This document shows, piece by piece, positions 38,722-48,023 of a stretch of DNA of 55,043 nt (position 1 is its first letter; each line of letters opens with the position of its first letter). The position numbers were made by a program, and so were the translations under genes. Below the pieces are notes generated by a model that was given only the letters and a program-made list of their open reading frames with translations, searched no databases and was not told the DNA's origin. Origin of the DNA: an uncultured Bacilli bacterium (GTDB lineage: Bacteria; Bacillota_I; Bacilli_A; RF39; UBA660); NCBI GenBank assembly GCA_947629035.1, contig CANRCE010000004.1, positions 1 through 55,043 on the forward strand, in the 5' to 3' direction.

Positions 38722-40335
38722 TTAATTTAAACTAATTATTTCCGTAACATCACTTTCTTTACTATAGGCTATGCTAATCTTACTACCAACAGTTAAAAAT
38801 GGTATTATATCTTTTGCTACATTTATATTAACTTTATATTTATTTTCATCTGTATCAGTAATATAATAAATACTATTTCCATTTAACATAGCCATATTTA
38901 TAGTTCTAATAGTAATATCTTTTTTTAATAAATTATTATTATCATAAGTTATATCTTGATTTTCTAAATAATTAGATATAGCTTTTTCTATACCTAAAGA
39001 TGAATCTGTTACTACAACCTTTTGATAATCTACAACATCTACTAAAGCATACATTTTAACTAAACCAGCATTATCTTTTAAACTCATAAGATAAGTAGGT
39101 TTGTTATTTAAATTAATAAGAAGTGGAAAAGAAGCTACATAATTCATTTGTTGAACTTGACCTTCACTTGAAGCCATCGCAGAATATTCTTCAGCTCCTG
39201 GAACACTATAAAATTTTGTTTCTTTAGTTCGCATATTACATAAGATAAATCCTAAATTAGATTCATCACTTGATACTGATGTAATTCCCGTATATAAATA
39301 AACATCATCATTCATAACAGTATAATTATATCCATCTGTAGTCATTGTTACACCTTTTTGACCAAATATTGAATTGAAAAAGCCTTGTTTATATTTACCC
39401 CAATCATCTACCTGTTCAATGATAAGAGAAGCTGAATATACATGATCTACCCAAGTCGGTATATCTTCTTTTTTATATTTTTTTGATTTACCTGTGATAG
39501 GATCTAAAATAACAACTCCCGTTACTTCTTTTCTTATTCCTATACCATGATAAGATATCGTAGGAACTATCCAATAAGGATTTCCTTCATTATCAATTTC
39601 AAATGATGCTTCATCAAACATTACCGTTGGATAACTAAAACGAAGCTTACGATATAAATTCTCATTAAATAAACTACTTGGCATATATTTCATACCTTTA
39701 TCTAATTTTACTAAATTAGCTTCTCCTGTTACTGAATTTACAGTAATATAACCCTTTATTCCATCTTTTTTATTAGTAAAATATTTTATAAATGAAGCAT
39801 ACTCTAATGGTGTTACTCTAATTATATCATTATTATAATTTATTTGAGTATAAAGTGATGATACATAAAATTGAGATACTAATTCAGGCATTTGTCCCAT
39901 TACCCTATCTCCTAGCTTTTGACTTGATTCTTTATCCAATAATGGAAGTGCTTTAATATCTACTTCCTTAACATCACTAATAAAATCACCATCTGTATCA
40001 ACAGTAATCCTATTAGCATAATCTTTTGAATTAAATAATGGAGATAAAATTACATTAACTAATATAATTATGATAAAACAAATTGGCACTATCAATAAAG
40101 ATAGAGCATTATCTAATTTATTTTTATCTTTTTGATTTTTCGTTAAATTATTCATAATCATATTTAAATTTAAAACATTAAACATCCTTGTAGCTATAAA
40201 AAATATAAATACAAAAAATAAATAACTATATAGCCCTGGACTAGTCAAATTTAAAGCTGGTAAACTAAAATAATATAATAATATAGCAAATATTAAAGTA
40301 ATAATAATTCTAATTAATAAATTTTTATTTTTCAT
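38722..40335 (-). CDS. Conserved hypothetical membrane protein with large soluble domain
   Basis: Three N-terminal TMs, 537 aa, coupled to mscS. Confidence 0.75.
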   Translation of the reverse strand: MKNKNLLIRIIITLIFAILLYYFSLPALNLTSPGLYSYLFFVFIFFIATRMFNVLNLNMIMNNLTKNQKDKNKLDNALSLLIVPICFIIIILVNVILSPLFNSKDYANRITVDTDGDFISDVKEVDIKALPLLDKESSQKLGDRVMGQMPELVSQFYVSSLYTQINYNNDIIRVTPLEYASFIKYFTNKKDGIKGYITVNSVTGEANLVKLDKGMKYMPSSLFNENLYRKLRFSYPTVMFDEASFEIDNEGNPYWIVPTISYHGIGIRKEVTGVVILDPITGKSKKYKKEDIPTWVDHVYSASLIIEQVDDWGKYKQGFFNSIFGQKGVTMTTDGYNYTVMNDDVYLYTGITSVSSDESNLGFILCNMRTKETKFYSVPGAEEYSAMASSEGQVQQMNYVASFPLLINLNNKPTYLMSLKDNAGLVKMYALVDVVDYQKVVVTDSSLGIEKAISNYLENQDITYDNNNLLKKDITIRTINMAMLNGNSIYYITDTDENKYKVNINVAKDIIPFLTVGSKISIAYSKESDVTEIISLN

Positions 40336-41149
40336 TTTTCCTCTCCTTTAGATAAACATCTAATTTATTATATGGTATTTCAATTTTATTTTTGTCTAAC
40401 TCTTCTTTAATAATTTTTAACATTTGACGTTTAGTTTGAAATTGAGCTTGAGGTAAACATTCAAACAAAATACTATAGACAATACTTGAAGAAGATAATT
40501 CTTCGACTCCAAGTAATTGTATTTCATTTCTTACTTCCTTAATTTGTTTTAATTTAACAATAGTTTTATCTAATACTTTTTCTAATTTAGCTAAATTGGT
40601 ATCATAACTTACACTAATTTGTAAAATATATCTATTTAAACTTTGTGAATAATTTATGACTTCCGTAAAACTTGAATTATTAAGAGATAATATTTCTCCA
40701 GTATAAGCTTTTAACTTTGTCGTTTTTAATCCCAAAGATATAACCTCTCCCTTAAAACCATTAATTGATACAATATCTCCTAATGTATATTGATTATCAA
40801 AAATTATAAAAATTCCTGCTAGTAAATCTTTAATAATATCTTGAAAAGCAAGACCTACAACTAAACCAACAATTCCAAGTGATGCTAAAATCTTATTAGT
40901 ATTAACACCATAAACTCCTAAAATAGCTAAAATAGTAAAAATAGCTATTACATATTTTATTATGCTTTTTATAAGATTAATAATTGTTATTTTTCTTTGT
41001 TCGATTTCTTTTTTATTAGTCTTTAATTTTATTTTACTAGTTTTAGTAATTATCGTAATAATAATATTATACAAAATAATTCCTATTACTATATAAATTA
41101 TTGGTAAATAAAATTTTTCACTCGAAAAAAACGTAAATATATTTTTCAT
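40325..41149 (-). CDS. mscS: Small-conductance mechanosensitive channel (MscS/YkuT)
   Basis: 'GLAFQDIIKDLLAGIFI..GD.V.I...GEV..LGLKTT'. Confidence 0.9.
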   Translation of the reverse strand: MKNIFTFFSSEKFYLPIIYIVIGIILYNIIITIITKTSKIKLKTNKKEIEQRKITIINLIKSIIKYVIAIFTILAILGVYGVNTNKILASLGIVGLVVGLAFQDIIKDLLAGIFIIFDNQYTLGDIVSINGFKGEVISLGLKTTKLKAYTGEILSLNNSSFTEVINYSQSLNRYILQISVSYDTNLAKLEKVLDKTIVKLKQIKEVRNEIQLLGVEELSSSSIVYSILFECLPQAQFQTKRQMLKIIKEELDKNKIEIPYNKLDVYLKERKNEK

Positions 41150-42240
41150 ATTTTATCCTCCTCATCTAAAATTTTAGTTAATATTTCATTAGATACATAT
41201 AAATAATTATGATTGATATATAAATTATCTTTATCTAAAACTAAATATTCATCCTCAATTAATGATTTTAAATTATAAACTTCAAAGATATCTTTTTTAA
41301 ATTCATCTCTAAATTTTTTAATATTTATTCCTTTTAATTTTCGAAAAGATAACATTACTTTATTGTCCATTCGTAATTTTTCATCTTCGTATTCTTTTTT
41401 AAATTCATAGTTCTTGTTCAAATATTTTAAAATATTTTTCGTATTTTCTATACGATAATTATCAATATATGATACACTACCTAATCCAAAGCCATAATAC
41501 ATACCATTATCCCAATAATTTAAATTATGAATTGACTCATAACTAGCTTTAGCATAATTACTTATTTCATAGTGCACATAACCATTACTAGTTAACTTAT
41601 CTTCAATATATTTATACATCTTATATTCAATTTCATCATCTATGTTTTTAAAATTATTGTTTTTTAACATCGTATGATCTTCAATAATTAAACTATATAC
41701 TGATACATGAGGTAAATTCAACTTTAAAAAATTATCTATATCTTCCTTTATAACATTTAAAGAAGTAGTAACACCATATATTAAATCTATATTAATATTA
41801 TTAAAATATTTTTTAGCTAAATTTATTTGAGCTAATGCTTGCTTTTTGGTATGTTTTCGATTTAATATTTTAATTATTTTAGGATTAAATGATTGAATAC
41901 CAATACTTAATCTATTTACCCCATATGTTTTTAAAAGTTTTAATTTCTCTTCATTAAGATCATCAATATTAGCTTCAAATGTATATTCATAATTACTATC
42001 TTTTTTTAAAATAGAAACAATCTTTAATAATTTTTCTAATTCTTGTAAATCTAATGAACTTGGTGTTCCTCCACCAATATAAATTGTCTTTAAAGCCTCT
42101 TTTTTGTATCTTAACTTAATTTCTTCTTTTAAGCTAGATAAATATTTATCTACATATTCTTTATTGTAATACATTTTAGTAAAATCACAATAACTACATA
42201 TATTACTACAAAAAGGTATATGAATATAAGCATTTTTCAT
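41146..42240 (-). CDS. hemW: Radical SAM heme chaperone HemW
   Basis: 'YIHIPFCSNICSYCDF', 'GGGTPS', 'YEISNY', 'HNLNYW'. Confidence 0.92.
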   Translation of the reverse strand: MKNAYIHIPFCSNICSYCDFTKMYYNKEYVDKYLSSLKEEIKLRYKKEALKTIYIGGGTPSSLDLQELEKLLKIVSILKKDSNYEYTFEANIDDLNEEKLKLLKTYGVNRLSIGIQSFNPKIIKILNRKHTKKQALAQINLAKKYFNNINIDLIYGVTTSLNVIKEDIDNFLKLNLPHVSVYSLIIEDHTMLKNNNFKNIDDEIEYKMYKYIEDKLTSNGYVHYEISNYAKASYESIHNLNYWDNGMYYGFGLGSVSYIDNYRIENTKNILKYLNKNYEFKKEYEDEKLRMDNKVMLSFRKLKGINIKKFRDEFKKDIFEVYNLKSLIEDEYLVLDKDNLYINHNYLYVSNEILTKILDEEDKI

Positions 42241-42295
42241 ATCATCACTTCTTTATTTTATTATAAATTATTTTAAATAATTTAACAATACTTTT

Positions 42296-42324
42296 GTATA
42301 TTTTTTATTATTTTGCTCATAATA
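42296..42324 (+). promoter_or_regulatory. SigG-type promoter of sspI
   Basis: GTATA, 17 bp, CATAATA. Confidence 0.7.
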
Positions 42325-42340
42325 CTTTTAGGTGATAAAA

Positions 42341-42547
42341 ATGGAAAATATTGATGTAAGAGCATACATTATAAATAATTTTAAAGATGATAGTATTGAT
42401 GATATTAAAGGAGCAATCGAAAATTCAATTAAATCAAGAGATGAAGATCCTCTAATAGGACTTGGAGTATTATTTGAATTATTATGGAATAATTCTAATG
42501 ATAGTTTAAAAAAGACAATGTTAAATAATATAAAAAAAGGTATGTAA
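42341..42547 (+). CDS. sspI: Small acid-soluble spore protein SspI
   Basis: 'DVRAYIINNF', 'LIGLGVLFELLW'; ATG 42341 behind AGGTGA. Confidence 0.88.
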   Translation: MENIDVRAYIINNFKDDSIDDIKGAIENSIKSRDEDPLIGLGVLFELLWNNSNDSLKKTMLNNIKKGM

Positions 42548-42554
42548 ATAAAAT

Positions 42555-43109
42555 TTACACATCTTTTTTTTCTGCTTCAACAGTTAAAGTTCCAGTAATA
42601 TTTTTTGAAATCTCATTTATATTATTATTTACTGTACCATCCATATAAATAATAAATTTATAATTAGTCTCTCCTACTGAAACAGTATTATCAGTAACAA
42701 TTTCGTTATCTACCACATTTATACTATCAAAAGAACCTGATTTTAACTCTGTATAACTTTTACTATCTGTTGATTTTAAAACTTTATATTTTACATAACT
42801 TTGTTTTAATTCATTATCAATTTTTGTAATATTTAAATGAATAGTTGCCTTTAATTCACCTTCAGTAGTATTTTTTATTTTAAAAGTTGTAGTTTGACCA
42901 TCATTATAATCTAATACAGGCCCTAATTTATTTGTGGATATATCATTTCCTTTTTCAAAAGTTACCTCTGCTAAATTACCAAGCTTAAAAACTATTGGCG
43001 TTTGTTGCTCATTACTAGAAGTCCAATTATACCAAGCATAAGTTCCAAGTAAACTTACAACAATAATACCCACAATAGAAACAATTAAAACATATTTCTT
43101 ATTTCCCAT
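42555..43109 (-). CDS. Secreted protein with SipW-class signal peptide (TasA/CalY-like)
   Basis: 'LLGTYAWYNWTS'; 'FKIKNT', 'VKYKV', 'YKFIIYMDG', 'ITGTLTV'. Confidence 0.68.
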   Translation of the reverse strand: MGNKKYVLIVSIVGIIVVSLLGTYAWYNWTSSNEQQTPIVFKLGNLAEVTFEKGNDISTNKLGPVLDYNDGQTTTFKIKNTTEGELKATIHLNITKIDNELKQSYVKYKVLKSTDSKSYTELKSGSFDSINVVDNEIVTDNTVSVGETNYKFIIYMDGTVNNNINEISKNITGTLTVEAEKKDV

Positions 43110-43163
43110 AATTAAAATCCCTCTCTTATTATATTTAAATTATATCATTTTTCTAAACAATAG

Positions 43164-44315
43164 TCAATTTACTTTTTTAAGCTTTTTTTCTTTTTGAATA
43201 TTAGTTTCATATGCTACTCTTTCTACTAAAGCTAAAGCCACTAAAACTGATAAAGCATAAGAGCCACCATATGATAAAAATGGAAGTGGTACTCCCGTTA
43301 AAGGCAAAAGTCCCATAACTCCTCCTAAATTGATAATAATATGAAGTAGTAAATATATAAAGACACCATAAGCTAGTAATGAATTTTTTAGATTATTAGC
43401 CTCTTTTGCTATCTTAAAAATGCGATATAAAATAAAAACATAAACTAAAATAATTATACTTCCTACTATCAATCCCCACTCTTCAACAATAATAGGATAA
43501 ATAAAATCTGTATAACTCTCAGGTAAATATAAATATTTTTGAGTACTCTCTCCTATTCCTTGACCTGTTAAGCCCCCATTAGCAAAAGCAATAAAACTAT
43601 TACATAACTGATAACCAGATTCTTCTTGATATCGCTCACAAGGCTTAATAAAGTTAAATCGTTCAAGTTGATAATCTTTTAATATTGAACCTCCCGTTGC
43701 AAGAAGAACTATAACTACTACTCCAATAGCTCCTAATAAAATTTTATTAAGTAATTTTCGATATTTTTTAGGAATAGGAATAGCATAAAACATTAATAAA
43801 GTTAAAAAAACAATAATTGATGCCGTTCCTAAATCAGGTTGAATAACTACCAAACTTATAATTAAAGCACAAATTAATAATGGTTTTATTAAACTCCATT
43901 GATTATCTAAATTATTTTTATTTTTATCGTAATAAACTGCTAAATAAATAATTATTGCTACTTTAGCAAATTCTGATGGCTGTAAAGATATTGGACCTAT
44001 GGAAAACCAACTTTGTGCATTATTAGCAACACTTCCATATATAGTAAGACCAATAAGAGAAACCAAAATTAAAGAAATGATAATATTAGCAAGTTTTTTA
44101 TAAGCCGAAGTTGGTATTAAAATACATACAAAAAAAGCAATAAAACCAAAAATAACAAATACAAGTTCACGATAAAAATAGATATAAGGACTATTTCCAT
44201 AACGCATATAAGATTCCATAGAAGAAGCTGATAATACCATAATAATACCAAAGATAAAAAAAACTACTACTGTTATTAATAAAGTTTTATCAATATTTCT
44301 TAATACTTTTTTCAT
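43164..44315 (-). CDS. ftsW: SEDS family peptidoglycan glycosyltransferase (FtsW/RodA/SpoVE)
   Basis: 'QPSEFAK', 'QPDLGT', 'YLPESYTDFI', 'GVPLPFLSYGGS'; exact paralog uncertain. Confidence 0.8.
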   Translation of the reverse strand: MKKVLRNIDKTLLITVVVFFIFGIIMVLSASSMESYMRYGNSPYIYFYRELVFVIFGFIAFFVCILIPTSAYKKLANIIISLILVSLIGLTIYGSVANNAQSWFSIGPISLQPSEFAKVAIIIYLAVYYDKNKNNLDNQWSLIKPLLICALIISLVVIQPDLGTASIIVFLTLLMFYAIPIPKKYRKLLNKILLGAIGVVVIVLLATGGSILKDYQLERFNFIKPCERYQEESGYQLCNSFIAFANGGLTGQGIGESTQKYLYLPESYTDFIYPIIVEEWGLIVGSIIILVYVFILYRIFKIAKEANNLKNSLLAYGVFIYLLLHIIINLGGVMGLLPLTGVPLPFLSYGGSYALSVLVALALVERVAYETNIQKEKKLKKVN

Positions 44316-44415
44316 ATATCTTATCTCCTATATTAATAATAACATATTTTTTTAACATTTTACTAGTAATTTAAAATTTATTCAAAAAAAAAATTAATTA
44401 TTGTAAATTAATCTC

Positions 44416-45078
44416 TCATTTTATTTTAGCTCTTTTACTTAAAGCATCACGAGCTGCCTCTTGTTCAGCTTCCTTTTTACTATTTCCCGTACCTGTTCCC
44501 ATCTTAATACCATCAACAATAGCAATACAAGTAAAAGTCTTATTATGAGCAGGCCCTTGTTCATCAATAGTTTCATATTTTACACTCTTTTTTACTGTCT
44601 GAACTAATTCTTGTAATTCTGACTTGTAATCTCCTAGAAAATTAATATTTTTATCAATATACTTCGTAATAATATTTAAAATAATTTTACTAGCTTCCTC
44701 AAAACCTAAATCTAAATATAAAGCACCAATAAAAGCTTCAAAAACATCTGCTAAAATTGTTTCATTCGCCATTTCTTCACTATGACCTAATTTTATATCA
44801 TCTTGAAATTTTAAATCACTAGCATAAGTAGCACATGCTTTTTCACAAACATAAGTTGAACGAATTTTCGTCATAGATCCTTCTTCAAGATGCCTTGCCT
44901 TATAAAGATAATCACTTATTATAAGTTCCAAAACAGCATCTCCTAAAAATTCTAATCTCTCATAATCTACTACTTTAGGATTTTCATTACAATAAGAAGA
45001 ATGCGTAAAAGCAGTATAATATAAATTTATATTTTTAGGATTTATATTTAATCTTTTAAATATTTTCATATATTCCAC
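44416..45078 (-). CDS. rnc: Ribonuclease III
   Basis: 'ERLEFLGDAVL', 'ADVFEAFIGA', dsRBD. Confidence 0.97.
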   Translation of the reverse strand: MEYMKIFKRLNINPKNINLYYTAFTHSSYCNENPKVVDYERLEFLGDAVLELIISDYLYKARHLEEGSMTKIRSTYVCEKACATYASDLKFQDDIKLGHSEEMANETILADVFEAFIGALYLDLGFEEASKIILNIITKYIDKNINFLGDYKSELQELVQTVKKSVKYETIDEQGPAHNKTFTCIAIVDGIKMGTGTGNSKKEAEQEAARDALSKRAKIK

Positions 45079-45178
45079 CTCATAAAGAAATATCTTTTGC
45101 CGATATCATTATATCAAATGTTTAGAGAAATTACAATATTTGTTTACAAACTGTTAAAAATAATGTAAAATAATATAT

Positions 45179-45421
45179 GTGATAAAAATGAAATACATTT
45201 TAATAAAATTGATAAGATTCTATCAAAAAATACCTGGTAATTTTCATGCTAGTTGTAGACATATTCCAACCTGTTCTAACTATGCCATTGAAGCATTAGA
45301 GTACCATGGTTTTATAAAAGGCAGTTATCTTATCATTAAAAGAATTTTAAGATGTAATCCATTTGGAACTAGTGGATATGACCCTGTTCCAATAAAAATA
45401 GATAAAAAAGAAAGAAGGTAG
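45179..45421 (+). CDS. yidD: Membrane protein insertion efficiency factor
   Basis: '[14 protein letters not shown]', '[14 protein letters not shown]'. Confidence 0.92.
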   Translation: MIKMKYILIKLIRFYQKIPGNFHASCRHIPTCSNYAIEALEYHGFIKGSYLIIKRILRCNPFGTSGYDPVPIKIDKKERR

Positions 45422-45425
45422 GAAA

Positions 45426-46304
45426 ATGAAATATTTAAAATTTGGTTTGGCTTTTGTGTTTATTCTAATTTTATCAGGATGTCTTTTTAAAAGAGATTCT
45501 ATGGAAGATATTAATATCTATACCACTATTTATCCTGTTAATTATTTAATTGATTATTTATATGGTAATAATGCTAATATATATAGTATTTATCCCAGTG
45601 ATGTTGATGTTTTAGAATATGAATTATCTAATAAAAAAATTGATGAATATGCTCATAGTGATTTATTTGTTTTCAATAGTTTAGATAAAGATCGAGATTA
45701 TGCTGTAAAAATGTTAAATAAAAATAAAAATCTTAAAGTTATCGATGTATCAATGGGAATGAGCTATAATAATTCCATTGAAGAGTTATGGCTTAATCCT
45801 TATAATTATCTTATGATGGCTCAAAACGTAAAAGATGGATTATTAGAATATGTTACTAATCCTTATTTAATTTCTAATAATGATAAAACAGGAATTGAAG
45901 ATCGCTATGAAAGTTTAAAATATGAACTATCTAATTTAGATGCCAATCTAAAAGAAGCAATTAATGGAGCAAGTTACACTACAATTGTTGTAGATAATGA
46001 TTTATTCAAATTTTTAGAAAAATATAATTTAAAAGTCATATCTCTAGAAGAAAATGAAAATTTAACTGAACCTGTTTTAAATGAAGTTAAAAAATTAATA
46101 AATGATGGTGATATTAAATATATTTATTCTATAAATACAACTTCAAATAAAACAGTAGAAAAATTTTTAGAAGATAGTCAAGTACAATTATTAACACTTA
46201 ACGCTATGAAAACGATTGATGGAGGAATTACTAATTCCAATGAAAGTTATCTAACTATTATGAATCAAAATATCGAACTTTTAAATAAAGAATTATATAA
46301 ATAA
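45426..46304 (+). CDS. Lipoprotein, ZnuA/TroA-fold solute-binding protein lacking His ligands
   Basis: Lipobox 'LSGC'; 'TTIYPV', 'SDLFVFN', 'WLNP', 'YLTIMNQN'. Confidence 0.8.
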   Translation: MKYLKFGLAFVFILILSGCLFKRDSMEDINIYTTIYPVNYLIDYLYGNNANIYSIYPSDVDVLEYELSNKKIDEYAHSDLFVFNSLDKDRDYAVKMLNKNKNLKVIDVSMGMSYNNSIEELWLNPYNYLMMAQNVKDGLLEYVTNPYLISNNDKTGIEDRYESLKYELSNLDANLKEAINGASYTTIVVDNDLFKFLEKYNLKVISLEENENLTEPVLNEVKKLINDGDIKYIYSINTTSNKTVEKFLEDSQVQLLTLNAMKTIDGGITNSNESYLTIMNQNIELLNKELYK

Positions 46305-46324
46305 AGCAGGTCCTAAAACCTGTT

Positions 46325-47677
46325 TTATTTTATATTTTTCATTACTTCTTCATAATCAGAAAGATGAATTTTTTCTCTTCCTATAATTTGATAATCTTCA
46401 TGCCCTTTACCTAAAATTAATAAAGTATCATTATCTTTTAATAAAGAAATCGCTTTTTTTATTGCTAAACTACGATTATATTCTACTTCATAGTTATCAT
46501 TTTTAACACCTTTTAAAATATCTGCCATAATTTTAGTTTCATCTTCTAATCTTGGATTATCATTAGTAAAAATTACATAATCTGAATTATCACTAGCAAT
46601 TTTACCCATAATAGGTCTTTTTTTAGGATCTCTATTTCCTCCACAACCAATAATAGTTATAATTCTACCTAAAGTAACCTCTTTAAAAGAATCAACTATT
46701 TTTAATACAGCATCTGGAGTATGAGCATAATCAATTACAATAATACTATTATCTTTTTTAATCATCTGACAACGACCTTGAGGTGCTTTTAATTTATTTG
46801 TATTTGAAATAATATCTTCGATACTAATATCTAAATTATTAACAATGACTAACATTAATAAATAATTATAAATATTAAATTTACCTATCAAATTAGTAGT
46901 TACTTCATACTCTTTATCTTTATATTTAAAGGTTATATTAGTATTTTTATTACTTAATTTATAATCTATAATTTGATAATCACTTTCATTTTGACCAAAA
47001 GTTATACTATTTTCTCTTATAAAATTCTTACCATAAGAATCATCAATATTTACAATCATTTTAGAATCTTCTTTTAGATAATCTAAAATTTTTAATTTAG
47101 CCTCTAAATAAGATTCCATAGTCTTATGATAATCCAAATGATCTTGAGTTAAATTAGTAAAAGCTGCAATTTTAAATTTTAAACCTAAAATTCGATTTAA
47201 AACTAATGCATGTGAACTTACCTCCATAACAACATAACGAATATTGTTAGCTAAAGCTTCTAGTAAAAGATTATATATAGTTAAAATATCTGGAGTTGTA
47301 TTAGGTAGAGTTTTTACTTTATCATTTAAATAAAAACCAATTGTTCCAATATAACAAGCTTTTTTGCCTAATATATTAAGAAGCTGATAAGTAAGATAAC
47401 AAGTTGTAGTTTTACCATTAGTTCCTGTTATACCAATTATAGTTAAATCTTCTAATTTTTTAGCATAATTTTCTACAAGATAATCTTGTAAATATTTTTC
47501 TGTATCTTCCACTATTAAAGTTTCTACCTCATAATCTCCATGCATAGCAACAATCTTTTTAGCTCCATTAGCAATAGCATCTTGAATATAATCATGCCCA
47601 TCAACAGTATTACCTTTAATAGCAATAAAAGTATCGCCCTCTTTTACTTCTCTTGAATCTGTTTTAATATTTAACAC
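46325..47677 (-). CDS. murE: UDP-MurNAc-tripeptide ligase (meso-DAP type)
   Basis: 'GITGTNGKTT', 'MEVSSH', 'DHLDYH', 'DYAHTPD', 'DNPR', 'GKGHE'. Confidence 0.95.
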   Translation of the reverse strand: MLNIKTDSREVKEGDTFIAIKGNTVDGHDYIQDAIANGAKKIVAMHGDYEVETLIVEDTEKYLQDYLVENYAKKLEDLTIIGITGTNGKTTTCYLTYQLLNILGKKACYIGTIGFYLNDKVKTLPNTTPDILTIYNLLLEALANNIRYVVMEVSSHALVLNRILGLKFKIAAFTNLTQDHLDYHKTMESYLEAKLKILDYLKEDSKMIVNIDDSYGKNFIRENSITFGQNESDYQIIDYKLSNKNTNITFKYKDKEYEVTTNLIGKFNIYNYLLMLVIVNNLDISIEDIISNTNKLKAPQGRCQMIKKDNSIIVIDYAHTPDAVLKIVDSFKEVTLGRIITIIGCGGNRDPKKRPIMGKIASDNSDYVIFTNDNPRLEDETKIMADILKGVKNDNYEVEYNRSLAIKKAISLLKDNDTLLILGKGHEDYQIIGREKIHLSDYEEVMKNIK

Positions 47678-47804
47678 TTTACTTCCTCCTTTGTATAATA
47701 TAATTATTTCATTATACTCTCATTTTATTATATTCTTTTTTTGCTTTTGATTCAAGTTTTTTTAACACAAACTAAAAAAAGACCCCTATATCGGAGTCTT
47801 TTAG

Positions 47805-47957
47805 TTAAATCATATCTTCTAAATCGTCGATAGCTTTTGTTTTGGCACGGTTCATCTGTCTTACCATTTTTTTAATATTACCGTTTTTCATCTGTTGGTA
47901 TAATACAGCTCCCATTACACCACCAGCCATCATAGCCATACCTGTTTTTAGTTTCAT
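47805..47957 (-). CDS. Small YrzQ/DUF3918-like protein (not in ORF track)
   Basis: GGGAGA RBS; MKLKTGMAMMAGGVMGAVLYQQMKNGNIKKMVRQMNRAKTKAIDDLEDMI (50 aa); downstream of recD2; hairpin after stop. Confidence 0.7.
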   Translation of the reverse strand: MKLKTGMAMMAGGVMGAVLYQQMKNGNIKKMVRQMNRAKTKAIDDLEDMI

Positions 47958-48023
47958 ATAACCATCTCCCTTGGAATCTATGATTAGTACTTATAAGTAC
48001 CATTATTAATATTTAACAATATT

